Assembly (NCBI RefSeq): GCF_036588685.1
Contig: NC_086381.1
Location: forward strand, 27,714,001-27,778,000
Source: Mytilus trossulus
Lineage: Eukaryota
Reading direction: 5' to 3'
DNA length: 64,000 bases
In this document: one piece after another, positions 1-17,950 of the stretch
Layout: each line of letters opens with the position of its first letter
Position numbering within the stretch: the stretch's first letter is position 1
The notes under the pieces: generated by a model
Databases searched by the model: none
What the model saw: the letters and a program-made list of their open reading frames with translations, nothing else
Told to the model about the DNA's origin: nothing
Made by a program: the position numbers and the translations under genes

Positions 1-79
1 TTTAGCCGAGTATAAATAGAAATTTTTATTAACGGCCATCATTCACTGATTACATTTCAGAGAGTATACATCTTTCAAA

Positions 80-454
80 ATGCCACCAAAAGTTGGAACC
101 AAAGGAGCCAAAAAGGCCGTAACAAAGGCAAAGACTGCCAGACCCGGCGGTGACAAGAAAAGGAGGAGGAAGAGGAGAGAATCCTATGCCATCTACATCT
201 ACAAAGTCTTGAGACAGGTTCACCCAGACACTGGAGTATCCTCAAAGGCTATGTCTATCATGAACAGTTTTGTCAACGATATCTTTGAGAGAATCGCTGC
301 AGAAGCTTCCCGTCTCGCTCACTACAACAAGAGATCTACCATCACATCTCGGGAGATCCAGACTGCAGTTCGTCTGCTCTTACCCGGTGAATTGGCCAAG
401 CACGCTGTCAGTGAAGGTACCAAAGCCGTCACAAAGTACACCAGCAGCAAGTAA
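80..454 (+). CDS. H2B: Histone H2B
   Basis: 124 aa canonical H2B ([11 protein letters not shown]...KYTSSK), intronless, followed by stem-loop. Confidence 0.99.
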   Translation: MPPKVGTKGAKKAVTKAKTARPGGDKKRRRKRRESYAIYIYKVLRQVHPDTGVSSKAMSIMNSFVNDIFERIAAEASRLAHYNKRSTITSREIQTAVRLLLPGELAKHAVSEGTKAVTKYTSSK

Positions 455-480
455 ACAACGAGAAGTTTAACTTCACAAAC

Positions 481-534
481 GGCCCTTTTCAGGGCCACCA
501 ATATTTTTCAAAAAGAGTCTTATTATTGTTGTAC
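481..534 (+). terminator. H2B 3' processing signals: stem-loop GGCCCTTTTCAGGGCC (481-496), purine-rich HDE-like CAAAAAGAGTCT, TGTTGTAC motif (representative copy)
   Basis: Matches the SLBP stem-loop consensus; repeated after every histone gene whose 3' end is visible. Confidence 0.95.
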
Positions 535-1217
535 ATAACAAACTTCTAAATGAAGCTGTGTCCCACCCCAAAATGACAAATTTGTTTATATCTGAATTCT
601 GTCTTTTTGTCTTTCTTTCTTTCTTTCTTTCTTTCTTTTTTTCTCTTCTTTATTCTTCATTTTATTAGCCGATTTGAAAAAATATACATACACCAGAATT
701 TAACCTTTTCACGGGTTATACATTTCTTCCCTCTTTTTTTTGGGGGGGGGAGGGGGTCTAGAATCGAACTATACTTGAATATGTATTGAAACATTATATA
801 AAAAAATATCACGAACAGATTAAATTCACACATACGTCGACAGAGAGAAAAAAGGGGGAGGGGGATTGTTTTAGGATATAAAAACAATATAACTAGAGTT
901 TGACAATGGAGAAAAATTCAGCAATATATCTTTTACATAAAAGAATATATATGAAATAAAGAATAATTTTATTTACATTAAAAAAATCAGGAATCATATT
1001 GTATCCAAAGTCTTGCTGGTCTTTTTTTAATAGGCTTAAATAAAAAAAGTGAAAAGAAATTAAAAAAAATAAACGAATAAAAGAAAAAGGAAAGTAAAGA
1101 AAGTTGGACAGGAGAAAGCTATGGTTTTCATTTTAAGTACAACAAAGGCAGATTCTTTTTGAAATATGTTGGTGGCCCTGAAAAGGGCCGTTGTATTTGT
1201 ATTTTTCAGCTGGCTGT

Positions 1218-1583
<366 letters not shown>

Positions 1584-3219
1584 CTATATATCTGATGAAC
1601 GCGGCCCTAAAAGAAATACCACTGAATTTTTGATAGGTTGGACCTGATTGGTTGTTTTCGTCTAAATCCGGGAGGTAACTCTGTAGGAATTCTGTACACT
1701 TTCAATCCACTTTTTGACTGAAGCTCTGAAAATATATGAAAATAAAATATTTCAAACTGTATACAAATAAAAATACAAAGATTATAAGAGATGGACCAAA
1801 TAACTAATGATCTCCATCATCAATTAATACTTCTTATATTTTCCAATGTGAAAGAGATTTATTTCCTTTTACTTAAAATACAAGAACATATCACACTGCA
1901 TACATAAGCAGGAGTTAACAATGTGCAATTGCAATATAAAAACAATTAGTTTAAAGAAAATCTTTTTATACAGTATTTTTCTTGTTCAAAAGATACAGTT
2001 TCAGAGATAGTCCACTCTGCAGACTTAAGAGAGTAAAAGAGTAAAAACTAAACTACAGCATACCAGTCAGTTATTTAAGCATGGACAGATAGATTTGTAA
2101 ATAAAAACAGGTGTGCATGATAATTTTTCTCAAAATCACCTTTACCAGTTTCAATAAAGATGTCCCGGGAAATTCACATTTCAAACATGTTATTATTACA
2201 TGTATACAATCAATGCTCATCTTTTAACAACTAATTAGGAATCTTTCTAAATTTAGCAGCTACTTTATACATGTAGTCATAGGTTTTTGAAATGTACACA
2301 GTGCAGCCTCACTTTTTAAATACCACAATTGGTACATCATTGAATGAATGAATTATTGCGCCTTGTCTATTTTTCTCCACCAATGGGAAAAAAAGATTCA
2401 TCCGCACACATGTTCACATCATTTATAAGGCACATAGAGCACCCAAAATAGATGCATTTTAAGCACAAAATAAAGGTATTCAAGAAAAACTTCTTTCTGT
2501 AACACACAATTGATGGAGACAAAGTTTTCAATGAGAATTTAAGGTGGACTACTTGGACCCGTACCGAAAATATATTTCAGAAATATAAAATAATTGATTC
2601 TTCTCATGTTGTCACAGTAGAATACACAATATGAGTAAAAAATACATAAAAAAAGCATCTAAAAAATAAGTGAGAAAATAAGACCGAGAAAAATGCAATT
2701 TAGAGAAAAATATAACCACAGAAATTAGAAAGAAATACATTTTAATAATTCTGTAATTAGAAGATGGATTGTATTGTTCTTGGAGTATGTTTTTTCTTAC
2801 CTTTTTTTTATTTAAATGTATACATGTATGTTAATTTTTTCAGGAGGGTATACCAGAAAATGTATAACATTCTTGTTTTTTCCGAAGGATTTGGAAGAAT
2901 TAGATAAATAAAAAATATGTATGTCTCTCTATCTCTATTTATCCTTTTATTTCTCTTCTTTGCATGTTATGAAATAAGTTTCTCTATATTTTTCTTCTAT
3001 CAATACAGTAACCCGACTTGTCTAATCTTAAGTGAGTGCAAAAAAAAAAGATAATAAGAAAGAAGAATAAAGAGAGATGTGGAGAGAAAGAAGAATAAAG
3101 AAAGATGTGGAGAGGGGGTTTCAGCTATATTTGATTTTGATGTACAACATATTCAGACTCTTTTTGGAAAATATTGGTGGCCCTTAAAAGGGCCGTTATT
3201 GTATAGAGTAAAGGTCAGT

Positions 3220-3684
<465 letters not shown>

Positions 3685-4116
3685 TCAAATGTTAGTGTAT
3701 TTGTGCTAGCCGCAATGTTTGCAAACACGACACTGATTGGCCTTTCGGGGTAATAAAACTCACGTTGATTGGTTGAAATCTCTGTGTTATGATTGGACTG
3801 ATCTGGAAGTTACTTTCACAGCTTTCGATCCCTTTTTGGACTGAAGCTATGATTGTTCACCCCAAGCTAACAATTGGCACAATTTGTTTCTATTCTGATA
3901 GTGTCAGCGAAAATTTGACATAAGACCAAAAAAAATAATAATCAAGAGTAATGCAGAACTTAATAATAATCTTTATTCAAATAATAAATAATTGTTTAAT
4001 CAACAGTCTGACACGAAATTAATAATTGACAGGAAATGTAAATTAAAGAGCAAAATAGAAGAAGAAAAAAGAGAAAAAAAACATCATCCATCCATTTTCA
4101 TCAATAGCCAGTGGTA

Positions 4117-4216
4117 NNNNNNNNNNNNNNNNNNNNNNNNNNNNNNNNNNNNNNNNNNNNNNNNNNNNNNNNNNNNNNNNNNNNNNNNNNNNNNNNNNNN
4201 NNNNNNNNNNNNNNNN
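4117..4216. other. Assembly gap (100 N)
   Basis: Run of N; array orientation flips across it. Confidence 0.99.
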
Positions 4217-4308
4217 TTCCTCCTCCTTTTCTTGTCACCGCCGGGTCTGGCAGTCTTTGCCTTTGTTACGGCCTTTTTGGCTCCTTTGGTTCCAACTTTT
4301 GGTGGCAT
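4217..4308 (-). CDS. H2B: Histone H2B, 5' part only (cut by gap)
   Basis: MPPKVGTK...KKRRR then N run. Confidence 0.9.
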
Positions 4309-4970
<662 letters not shown>

Positions 4971-5000
4971 AGTCAACACTACAGAAACTTCACTTACAAC

Positions 5001-5053
5001 GGCCCTTTTCAGGGCCACCAACATTTTTCAAAAAGAATCTGACTTTGTTGTAC
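5001..5053 (+). terminator. H2A stem-loop (5001-5016), HDE-like element and TGTTGTAC (representative)
   Basis: GGCCCTTTTCAGGGCC ACCAA ... CAAAAAGAATCT ... TGTTGTAC. Confidence 0.95.
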
Positions 5054-6134
5054 AATTTAGTTGAATGCAGAAAGCAATCTCAAACATAGCTCACTCCCTC
5101 CATTTCTCTTGTCTTTATCTCTTTATTTTTCCTTTTCTTTATAAACAGCATACAGATGTCTACTTTCTAATTATATATATAACAATATTTGATGTGGAAA
5201 AAAAATGAAGAACAGTACGAGTTTCTTTTTTTCCCCTATAAAAGTCCAAGAAAATAAACGAACTATATAACGTAGATTCGATGAAAATGCGCAAGCACGA
5301 GAGGAAGAAAAACTCATAGTTGTTAGTGGTCAATGTTGCATATTTTTTTGGTGTAAATTAAGTTGCAGTCCTATATATTATACTATATAAGCACACACAA
5401 TACAATCTATGACCTTATTTTTATATAATATATATTCGTTCGTTCGTTGTCTGTCTAACTGTGATCTATGTGAATTCTTTTCTTCCTCTTCTGCTGTCAC
5501 ATTCTCTTAGATATATAATATATATTTTGTGTTCCTATACAAAGTACTTATGCGTATGTTTATAGTTGTGTAGATTATTTTTTAGCTCAAATCCTTTGTA
5601 TTTGCAAAATTCGTATATAAACAATAAAGAATACTTCAACAATGTGCAAGTTTCACAGTATGCGTGCAGTATACTATATAGAGAATATCATGGCTTTACA
5701 TGATACAGAGACTAGAGAATACAGAGACTGTATAGCTAGAGAGAACACAAAGACTATAGAGAGGATAAAAAGTGTTCTCTTTGTTTTAAGACACTGAGAC
5801 GAGTGACAATTGTGTACTATAGTAAGCATGTCTATACGAGAAACTAAGAAAACGGCTGCATTTCTATACCACTGGCTATTGATGAAAATGGATGGATGAT
5901 GTTTTTTTTCTCTTTTTTCTTCTTCTATTTTGCTCTTTAATTTACATTTCCTGTCAATTATTAATTTCGTGTCAGACTGTTGATTAAACAATTATTTATT
6001 ATTTGAATAAAGATTATTATTAAGTTCTGCATTACTCTTGATTATTATTTTTTTTGGTCTTATGTCAAATTTTCGCTGACACTATCAGAATAGAAACAAA
6101 TTGTGCCAATTGTTAGCTTGGGGTGAACAATCAT

Positions 6135-6763
<629 letters not shown>

Positions 6764-6788
6764 ACTGACCTTTACTCTATACAATAAC

Positions 6789-6841
6789 GGCCCTTTTAAG
6801 GGCCACCAATATTTTCCAAAAAGAGTCTGAATATGTTGTAC
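6789..6841 (+). terminator. H3 stem-loop (6789-6804), HDE-like element and TGTTGTAC (representative)
   Basis: GGCCCTTTTAAGGGCC ACCAA ... CAAAAAGAGTCT. Confidence 0.95.
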
Positions 6842-6868
6842 ATCAAAATCAAATATAGCTGAAACCCC

Positions 6869-6924
6869 CTCTCCACATCTTTCTTTATTCTTCTTTCTCT
6901 CCACATCTCTCTTTATTCTTCTTT
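6869..6924 (+). repeat. 28-bp pyrimidine-rich tandem duplication downstream of H3 (representative copy)
   Basis: CTCTCCACATCT(T/C)TCTTTATTCTTCTTT x2. Confidence 0.85.
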
Positions 6925-8257
6925 CTTATTATCTTTTTTTTTTGCACTCACTTAAGATTAGACAAGTCGGGTTACTGTATTGATAGAAGAAAAATATAGA
7001 GAAACTTATTTCATAACATGCAAAGAAGAGAAATAAAAGGATAAATAGAGATAGAGAGACATACATATTTTTTATTTATCTAATTCTTCCAAATCCTTCG
7101 GAAAAAACAAGAATGTTATACATTTTCTGGTATACCCTCCTGAAAAAATTAACATACATGTATACATTTAAATAAAAAAAAGGTAAGAAAAAACATACTC
7201 CAAGAACAATACAATCCATCTTCTAATTACAGAATTATTAAAATGTATTTCTTTCTAATTTCTGTGGTTATATTTTTCTCTAAATTGCATTTTTCTCGGT
7301 CTTATTTTCTCACTTATTTTTTAGATGCTTTTTTTATGTATTTTTTACTCATATTGTGTATTCTACTGTGACAACATGAGAAGAATCAATTATTTTATAT
7401 TTCTGAAATATATTTTCGGTACGGGTCCAAGTAGTCCACCTTAAATTCTCATTGAAAACTTTGTCTCCATCAATTGTGTGTTACAGAAAGAAGTTTTTCT
7501 TGAATACCTTTATTTTGTGCTTAAAATGCATCTATTTTGGGTGCTCTATGTGCCTTATAAATGATGTGAACATGTGTGCGGATGAATCTTTTTTTCCCAT
7601 TGGTGGAGAAAAATAGACAAGGCGCAATAATTCATTCATTCAATGATGTACCAATTGTGGTATTTAAAAAGTGAGGCTGCACTGTGTACATTTCAAAAAC
7701 CTATGACTACATGTATAAAGTAGCTGCTAAATTTAGAAAGATTCCTAATTAGTTGTTAAAAGATGAGCATTGATTGTATACATGTAATAATAACATGTTT
7801 GAAATGTGAATTTCCCGGGACATCTTTATTGAAACTGGTAAAGGTGATTTTGAGAAAAATTATCATGCACACCTGTTTTTATTTACAAATCTATCTGTCC
7901 ATGCTTAAATAACTGACTGGTATGCTGTAGTTTAGTTTTTACTCTTTTACTCTCTTAAGTCTGCAGAGTGGACTATCTCTGAAACTGTATCTTTTGAACA
8001 AGAAAAATACTGTATAAAAAGATTTTCTTTAAACTAATTGTTTTTATATTGCAATTGCACATTGTTAACTCCTGCTTATGTATGCAGTGTGATATGTTCT
8101 TGTATTTTAAGTAAAAGGAAATAAATCTCTTTCACATTGGAAAATATAAGAAGTATTAATTGATGATGGAGATCATTAGTTATTTGGTCCATCTCTTATA
8201 ATCTTTGTATTTTTATTTGTATACAGTTTGAAATATTTTATTTTCATATATTTTCAG

Positions 8258-8765
<508 letters not shown>

Positions 8766-8793
8766 ACAGCCAGCTGAAAAATACAAATACAAC

Positions 8794-8846
8794 GGCCCTT
8801 TTCAGGGCCACCAACATATTTCAAAAAGAATCTGCCTTTGTTGTAC
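8794..8846 (+). terminator. H4 stem-loop (8794-8809), HDE-like element and TGTTGTAC (representative)
   Basis: GGCCCTTTTCAGGGCC ACCAA ... CAAAAAGAATCT. Confidence 0.95.
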
Positions 8847-9528
8847 TTAAAATGAAAACCATAGCTTTCTCCTGTCCAACTTTCTTTACTTTCCTTTTTC
8901 TTTTATTCGTTTATTTTTTTTAATTTCTTTTCACTTTTTTTATTTAAGCCTATTAAAAAAAGACCAGCAAGACTTTGGATACAATATGATTCCTGATTTT
9001 TTTAATGTAAATAAAATTATTCTTTATTTCATATATATTCTTTTATGTAAAAGATATATTGCTGAATTTTTCTCCATTGTCAAACTCTAGTTATATTGTT
9101 TTTATATCCTAAAACAATCCCCCTCCCCCTTTTTTCTCTCTGTCGACGTATGTGTGAATTTAATCTGTTCGTGATATTTTTTTATATAATGTTTCAATAC
9201 ATATTCAAGTATAGTTCGATTCTAGACCCCCTCCCCCCCCCAAAAAAAAGAGGGAAGAAATGTATAACCCGTGAAAAGGTTAAATTCTGGTGTATGTATA
9301 TTTTTTCAAATCGGCTAATAAAATGAAGAATAAAGAAGAGAAAAAAAGAAAGAAAGAAAGAAAGAAAGAAAGACAAAAAGACAGAATTCAGATATAAACA
9401 AATTTGTCATTTTGGGGTGGGACACAGCTTCATTTAGAAGTTTGTTATGTACAACAATAATAAGACTCTTTTTGAAAAATATTGGTGGCCCTGAAAAGGG
9501 CCGTTTGTGAAGTTAAACTTCTCGTTGT

Positions 9529-9903
9529 TTACTTGCTGCTGGTGTACTTTGTGACGGCTTTGGTACCTTCACTGACAGCGTGCTTGGCCAATTCACCGGG
9601 TAAGAGCAGACGAACTGCAGTCTGGATCTCCCGAGATGTGATGGTAGATCTCTTGTTGTAGTGAGCGAGACGGGAAGCTTCTGCAGCGATTCTCTCAAAG
9701 ATATCGTTGACAAAACTGTTCATGATAGACATAGCCTTTGAGGATACTCCAGTGTCTGGGTGAACCTGTCTCAAGACTTTGTAGATGTAGATGGCATAGG
9801 ATTCTCTCCTCTTCCTCCTCCTTTTCTTGTCACCGCCGGGTCTGGCAGTCTTTGCCTTTGTTACGGCCTTTTTGGCTCCTTTGGTTCCAACTTTTGGTGG
9901 CAT
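9529..9903 (-). CDS. H2B: Histone H2B
   Basis: Canonical 124 aa. Confidence 0.99.
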   Translation of the reverse strand: MPPKVGTKGAKKAVTKAKTARPGGDKKRRRKRRESYAIYIYKVLRQVHPDTGVSSKAMSIMNSFVNDIFERIAAEASRLAHYNKRSTITSREIQTAVRLLLPGELAKHAVSEGTKAVTKYTSSK

Positions 9904-10181
9904 TTTGAAAGATGTATACTCTCTGAAATGTAATCAGTGAATGATGGCCGTTAATAAAAATTTCTATTTATACTCGGCTAAACGGATTGAAAGTTTTTAC
10001 TTAACGCGAACTTCGGAGAGAGCACCCTTCTAACATTCAACCCTAACTACCTGGAAGAAGCGATGATTTGATTGGTTTAGAACTGAAACATCTTTCAATC
10101 CGTTTTGCGGGTATAAATAGTAAAATACCACCTAACTGGATAATCATTGTTTATACTTGTTCAAGTCAAACAACGTATTAA

Positions 10182-10565
<384 letters not shown>

Positions 10566-11893
10566 AGTCAACACTACAGAAACTTCACTTACAACGGCCC
10601 TTTTCAGGGCCACCAACATTTTTCAAAAAGAATCTGACTTTGTTGTACAATTTAGTTGAATGCAGAAAGCAATCTCAAACATAGCTCACTCCCTCCATTT
10701 CTCTTGTCTTTATCTCTTTATTTTTCCTTTTCTTTATAAACAGCATACAGATGTCTACTTTCTAATTATATATATAACAATATTTGATGTGGAAAAAAAA
10801 TGAAGAACAGTACGAGTTTCTTTTTTTCCCCTATAAAAGTCCAAGAAAATAAACGAACTATATAACGTAGATTCGATGAAAATGCGCAAGCACGAGAGGA
10901 AGAAAAACTCATAGTTGTTAGTGGTCAATGTTGCATATTTTTTTGGTGTAAATTAAGTTGCAGTCCTATATATTATACTATATAAGCACACACAATACAA
11001 TCTATGACCTTATTTTTATATAATATATATTCGTTCGTTCGTTGTCTGTCTAACTGTGATCTATGTGAATTCTTTTCTTCCTCTTCTGCTGTCACATTCT
11101 CTTAGATATATAATATATATTTTGTGTTCCTATACAAAGTACTTATGCGTATGTTTATAGTTGTGTAGATTATTTTTTAGCTCAAATCCTTTGTATTTGC
11201 AAAATTCGTATATAAACAATAAAGAATACTTCAACAATGTGCAAGTTTCACAGTATGCGTGCAGTATACTATATAGAGAATATCATGGCTTTACATGATA
11301 CAGAGACTAGAGAATACAGAGACTGTATAGCTAGAGAGAACACAAAGACTATAGAGAGGATAAAAAGTGTTCTCTTTGTTTTAAGACACTGAGACGAGTG
11401 ACAATTGTGTACTATAGTAAGCATGTCTATACGAGAAACTAAGAAAACGGCTGCATTTCTATACCACTGGCTATTGATGAAAATGGATGGATGATGTTTT
11501 TTTTCTCTTTTTTCTTCTTCTATTTTGCTCTTTAATTTACATTTCCTGTCAATTATTAATTTCGTGTCAGACTGTTGATTAAACAATTATTTATTATTTG
11601 AATAAAGATTATTATTAAGTTCTGCATTACTCTTGATTATTATTTTTTTTGGTCTTATGTCAAATTTTCGCTGACACTATCAGAATAGAAACAAATTGTG
11701 CCAATTGTTAGCTTGGGGTGAACAATCATAGCTTCAGTCCAAAAAGGGATCGAAAGCTGTGAAAGTAACTTCCAGATCAGTCCAATCATAACACAGAGAT
11801 TTCAACCAATCAACGTGAGTTTTATTACCCCGAAAGGCCAATCAGTGTCGTGTTTGCAAACATTGCGGCTAGCACAAATACACTAACATTTGA

Positions 11894-12358
<465 letters not shown>

Positions 12359-13994
12359 ACTGACCTTTACTCTATACAATAACGGCCCTTTTAAGGGCCA
12401 CCAATATTTTCCAAAAAGAGTCTGAATATGTTGTACATCAAAATCAAATATAGCTGAAACCCCCTCTCCACATCTTTCTTTATTCTTCTTTCTCTCCACA
12501 TCTCTCTTTATTCTTCTTTCTTATTATCTTTTTTTTTTGCACTCACTTAAGATTAGACAAGTCGGGTTACTGTATTGATAGAAGAAAAATATAGAGAAAC
12601 TTATTTCATAACATGCAAAGAAGAGAAATAAAAGGATAAATAGAGATAGAGAGACATACATATTTTTTATTTATCTAATTCTTCCAAATCCTTCGGAAAA
12701 AACAAGAATGTTATACATTTTCTGGTATACCCTCCTGAAAAAATTAACATACATGTATACATTTAAATAAAAAAAAGGTAAGAAAAAACATACTCCAAGA
12801 ACAATACAATCCATCTTCTAATTACAGAATTATTAAAATGTATTTCTTTCTAATTTCTGTGGTTATATTTTTCTCTAAATTGCATTTTTCTCGGTCTTAT
12901 TTTCTCACTTATTTTTTAGATGCTTTTTTTATGTATTTTTTACTCATATTGTGTATTCTACTGTGACAACATGAGAAGAATCAATTATTTTATATTTCTG
13001 AAATATATTTTCGGTACGGGTCCAAGTAGTCCACCTTAAATTCTCATTGAAAACTTTGTCTCCATCAATTGTGTGTTACAGAAAGAAGTTTTTCTTGAAT
13101 ACCTTTATTTTGTGCTTAAAATGCATCTATTTTGGGTGCTCTATGTGCCTTATAAATGATGTGAACATGTGTGCGGATGAATCTTTTTTTCCCATTGGTG
13201 GAGAAAAATAGACAAGGCGCAATAATTCATTCATTCAATGATGTACCAATTGTGGTATTTAAAAAGTGAGGCTGCACTGTGTACATTTCAAAAACCTATG
13301 ACTACATGTATAAAGTAGCTGCTAAATTTAGAAAGATTCCTAATTAGTTGTTAAAAGATGAGCATTGATTGTATACATGTAATAATAACATGTTTGAAAT
13401 GTGAATTTCCCGGGACATCTTTATTGAAACTGGTAAAGGTGATTTTGAGAAAAATTATCATGCACACCTGTTTTTATTTACAAATCTATCTGTCCATGCT
13501 TAAATAACTGACTGGTATGCTGTAGTTTAGTTTTTACTCTTTTACTCTCTTAAGTCTGCAGAGTGGACTATCTCTGAAACTGTATCTTTTGAACAAGAAA
13601 AATACTGTATAAAAAGATTTTCTTTAAACTAATTGTTTTTATATTGCAATTGCACATTGTTAACTCCTGCTTATGTATGCAGTGTGATATGTTCTTGTAT
13701 TTTAAGTAAAAGGAAATAAATCTCTTTCACATTGGAAAATATAAGAAGTATTAATTGATGATGGAGATCATTAGTTATTTGGTCCATCTCTTATAATCTT
13801 TGTATTTTTATTTGTATACAGTTTGAAATATTTTATTTTCATATATTTTCAGAGCTTCAGTCAAAAAGTGGATTGAAAGTGTACAGAATTCCTACAGAGT
13901 TACCTCCCGGATTTAGACGAAAACAACCAATCAGGTCCAACCTATCAAAAATTCAGTGGTATTTCTTTTAGGGCCGCGTTCATCAGATATATAG

Positions 13995-14360
<366 letters not shown>

Positions 14361-15123
14361 ACAGCCAGCTGAAAAATACAAATACAACGGCCCTTTTCAG
14401 GGCCACCAACATATTTCAAAAAGAATCTGCCTTTGTTGTACTTAAAATGAAAACCATAGCTTTCTCCTGTCCAACTTTCTTTACTTTCCTTTTTCTTTTA
14501 TTCGTTTATTTTTTTTAATTTCTTTTCACTTTTTTTATTTAAGCCTATTAAAAAAAGACCAGCAAGACTTTGGATACAATATGATTCCTGATTTTTTTAA
14601 TGTAAATAAAATTATTCTTTATTTCATATATATTCTTTTATGTAAAAGATATATTGCTGAATTTTTCTCCATTGTCAAACTCTAGTTATATTGTTTTTAT
14701 ATCCTAAAACAATCCCCCTCCCCCTTTTTTCTCTCTGTCGACGTATGTGTGAATTTAATCTGTTCGTGATATTTTTTTATATAATGTTTCAATACATATT
14801 CAAGTATAGTTCGATTCTAGACCCCCTCCCCCCCCCAAAAAAAAGAGGGAAGAAATGTATAACCCGTGAAAAGGTTAAATTCTGGTGTATGTATATTTTT
14901 TCAAATCGGCTAATAAAATGAAGAATAAAGAAGAGAAAAAAAGAAAGAAAGAAAGAAAGAAAGAAAGACAAAAAGACAGAATTCAGATATAAACAAATTT
15001 GTCATTTTGGGGTGGGACACAGCTTCATTTAGAAGTTTGTTATGTACAACAATAATAAGACTCTTTTTGAAAAATATTGGTGGCCCTGAAAAGGGCCGTT
15101 TGTGAAGTTAAACTTCTCGTTGT

Positions 15124-15495
15124 TTACTTGCTGCTGGTGTACTTTGTGACGGCTTTGGTACCTTCACTGACAGCGTGCTTGGCCAATTCACCGGGTAAGA
15201 GCAGACGAACTGCAGTCTGGATCTCCCGAGATGTGATGGTAGATCTCTTGTTGTAGTGAGCGAGACGGGAAGCTTCTGCAGCGATTCTCTCAAAGATATC
15301 GTTGACAAAACTGTTCATGATAGACATAGCCTTTGAGGATACTCCAGTGTCTGGGTGAACCTGTCTCAAGACTTTGTAGATGTAGATGGCATAGGATTCT
15401 CTCCTCTTCCTCCTTTTCTTGTCACCGCCGGGTCTGGCAGTCTTTGCCTTTGTTACGGCCTTTTTGGCTCCTTTGGTTCCAACTTTTGGTGGCAT
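15124..15495 (-). CDS. H2B: Histone H2B with one-Arg in-frame deletion (123 aa)
   Basis: KKRRKRR instead of KKRRRKRR; one AGG lost from an AGG run. Confidence 0.95.
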   Translation of the reverse strand: MPPKVGTKGAKKAVTKAKTARPGGDKKRRKRRESYAIYIYKVLRQVHPDTGVSSKAMSIMNSFVNDIFERIAAEASRLAHYNKRSTITSREIQTAVRLLLPGELAKHAVSEGTKAVTKYTSSK

Positions 15496-15773
15496 TTTGA
15501 AAGATGTATACTCTCTGAAATGTAATCAGTGAATGATGGCCGTTAATAAAAATTTCTATTTATACTCGGCTAAACGGATTGAAAGTTTTTACTTAACGCG
15601 AACTTCGGAGAGAGCACCCTTCTAACATTCAACCCTAACTACCTGGAAGAAGCGATGATTTGATTGGTTTAGAACTGAAACATCTTTCAATCCGTTTTGC
15701 GGGTATAAATAGTAAAATACCACCTAACTGGATAATCATTGTTTATACTTGTTCAAGTCAAACAACGTATTAA

Positions 15774-16157
<384 letters not shown>

Positions 16158-17485
16158 AGTCAACACTACAGAAACTTCACTTACAACGGCCCTTTTCAGG
16201 GCCACCAACATTTTTCAAAAAGAATCTGACTTTGTTGTACAATTTAGTTGAATGCAGAAAGCAATCTCAAACATAGCTCACTCCCTCCATTTCTCTTGTC
16301 TTTATCTCTTTATTTTTCCTTTTCTTTATAAACAGCATACAGATGTCTACTTTCTAATTATATATATAACAATATTTGATGTGGAAAAAAAATGAAGAAC
16401 AGTACGAGTTTCTTTTTTTCCCCTATAAAAGTCCAAGAAAATAAACGAACTATATAACGTAGATTCGATGAAAATGCGCAAGCACGAGAGGAAGAAAAAC
16501 TCATAGTTGTTAGTGGTCAATGTTGCATATTTTTTTGGTGTAAATTAAGTTGCAGTCCTATATATTATACTATATAAGCACACACAATACAATCTATGAC
16601 CTTATTTTTATATAATATATATTCGTTCGTTCGTTGTCTGTCTAACTGTGATCTATGTGAATTCTTTTCTTCCTCTTCTGCTGTCACATTCTCTTAGATA
16701 TATAATATATATTTTGTGTTCCTATACAAAGTACTTATGCGTATGTTTATAGTTGTGTAGATTATTTTTTAGCTCAAATCCTTTGTATTTGCAAAATTCG
16801 TATATAAACAATAAAGAATACTTCAACAATGTGCAAGTTTCACAGTATGCGTGCAGTATACTATATAGAGAATATCATGGCTTTACATGATACAGAGACT
16901 AGAGAATACAGAGACTGTATAGCTAGAGAGAACACAAAGACTATAGAGAGGATAAAAAGTGTTCTCTTTGTTTTAAGACACTGAGACGAGTGACAATTGT
17001 GTACTATAGTAAGCATGTCTATACGAGAAACTAAGAAAACGGCTGCATTTCTATACCACTGGCTATTGATGAAAATGGATGGATGATGTTTTTTTTCTCT
17101 TTTTTCTTCTTCTATTTTGCTCTTTAATTTACATTTCCTGTCAATTATTAATTTCGTGTCAGACTGTTGATTAAACAATTATTTATTATTTGAATAAAGA
17201 TTATTATTAAGTTCTGCATTACTCTTGATTATTATTTTTTTTGGTCTTATGTCAAATTTTCGCTGACACTATCAGAATAGAAACAAATTGTGCCAATTGT
17301 TAGCTTGGGGTGAACAATCATAGCTTCAGTCCAAAAAGGGATCGAAAGCTGTGAAAGTAACTTCCAGATCAGTCCAATCATAACACAGAGATTTCAACCA
17401 ATCAACGTGAGTTTTATTACCCCGAAAGGCCAATCAGTGTCGTGTTTGCAAACATTGCGGCTAGCACAAATACACTAACATTTGA

Positions 17486-17950
<465 letters not shown>

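Noticed and set aside
732-757. T-run/G-run as a G-quadruplex or Pol III terminator
   Set aside because: Only two G tracts and no Pol III gene recognised nearby.
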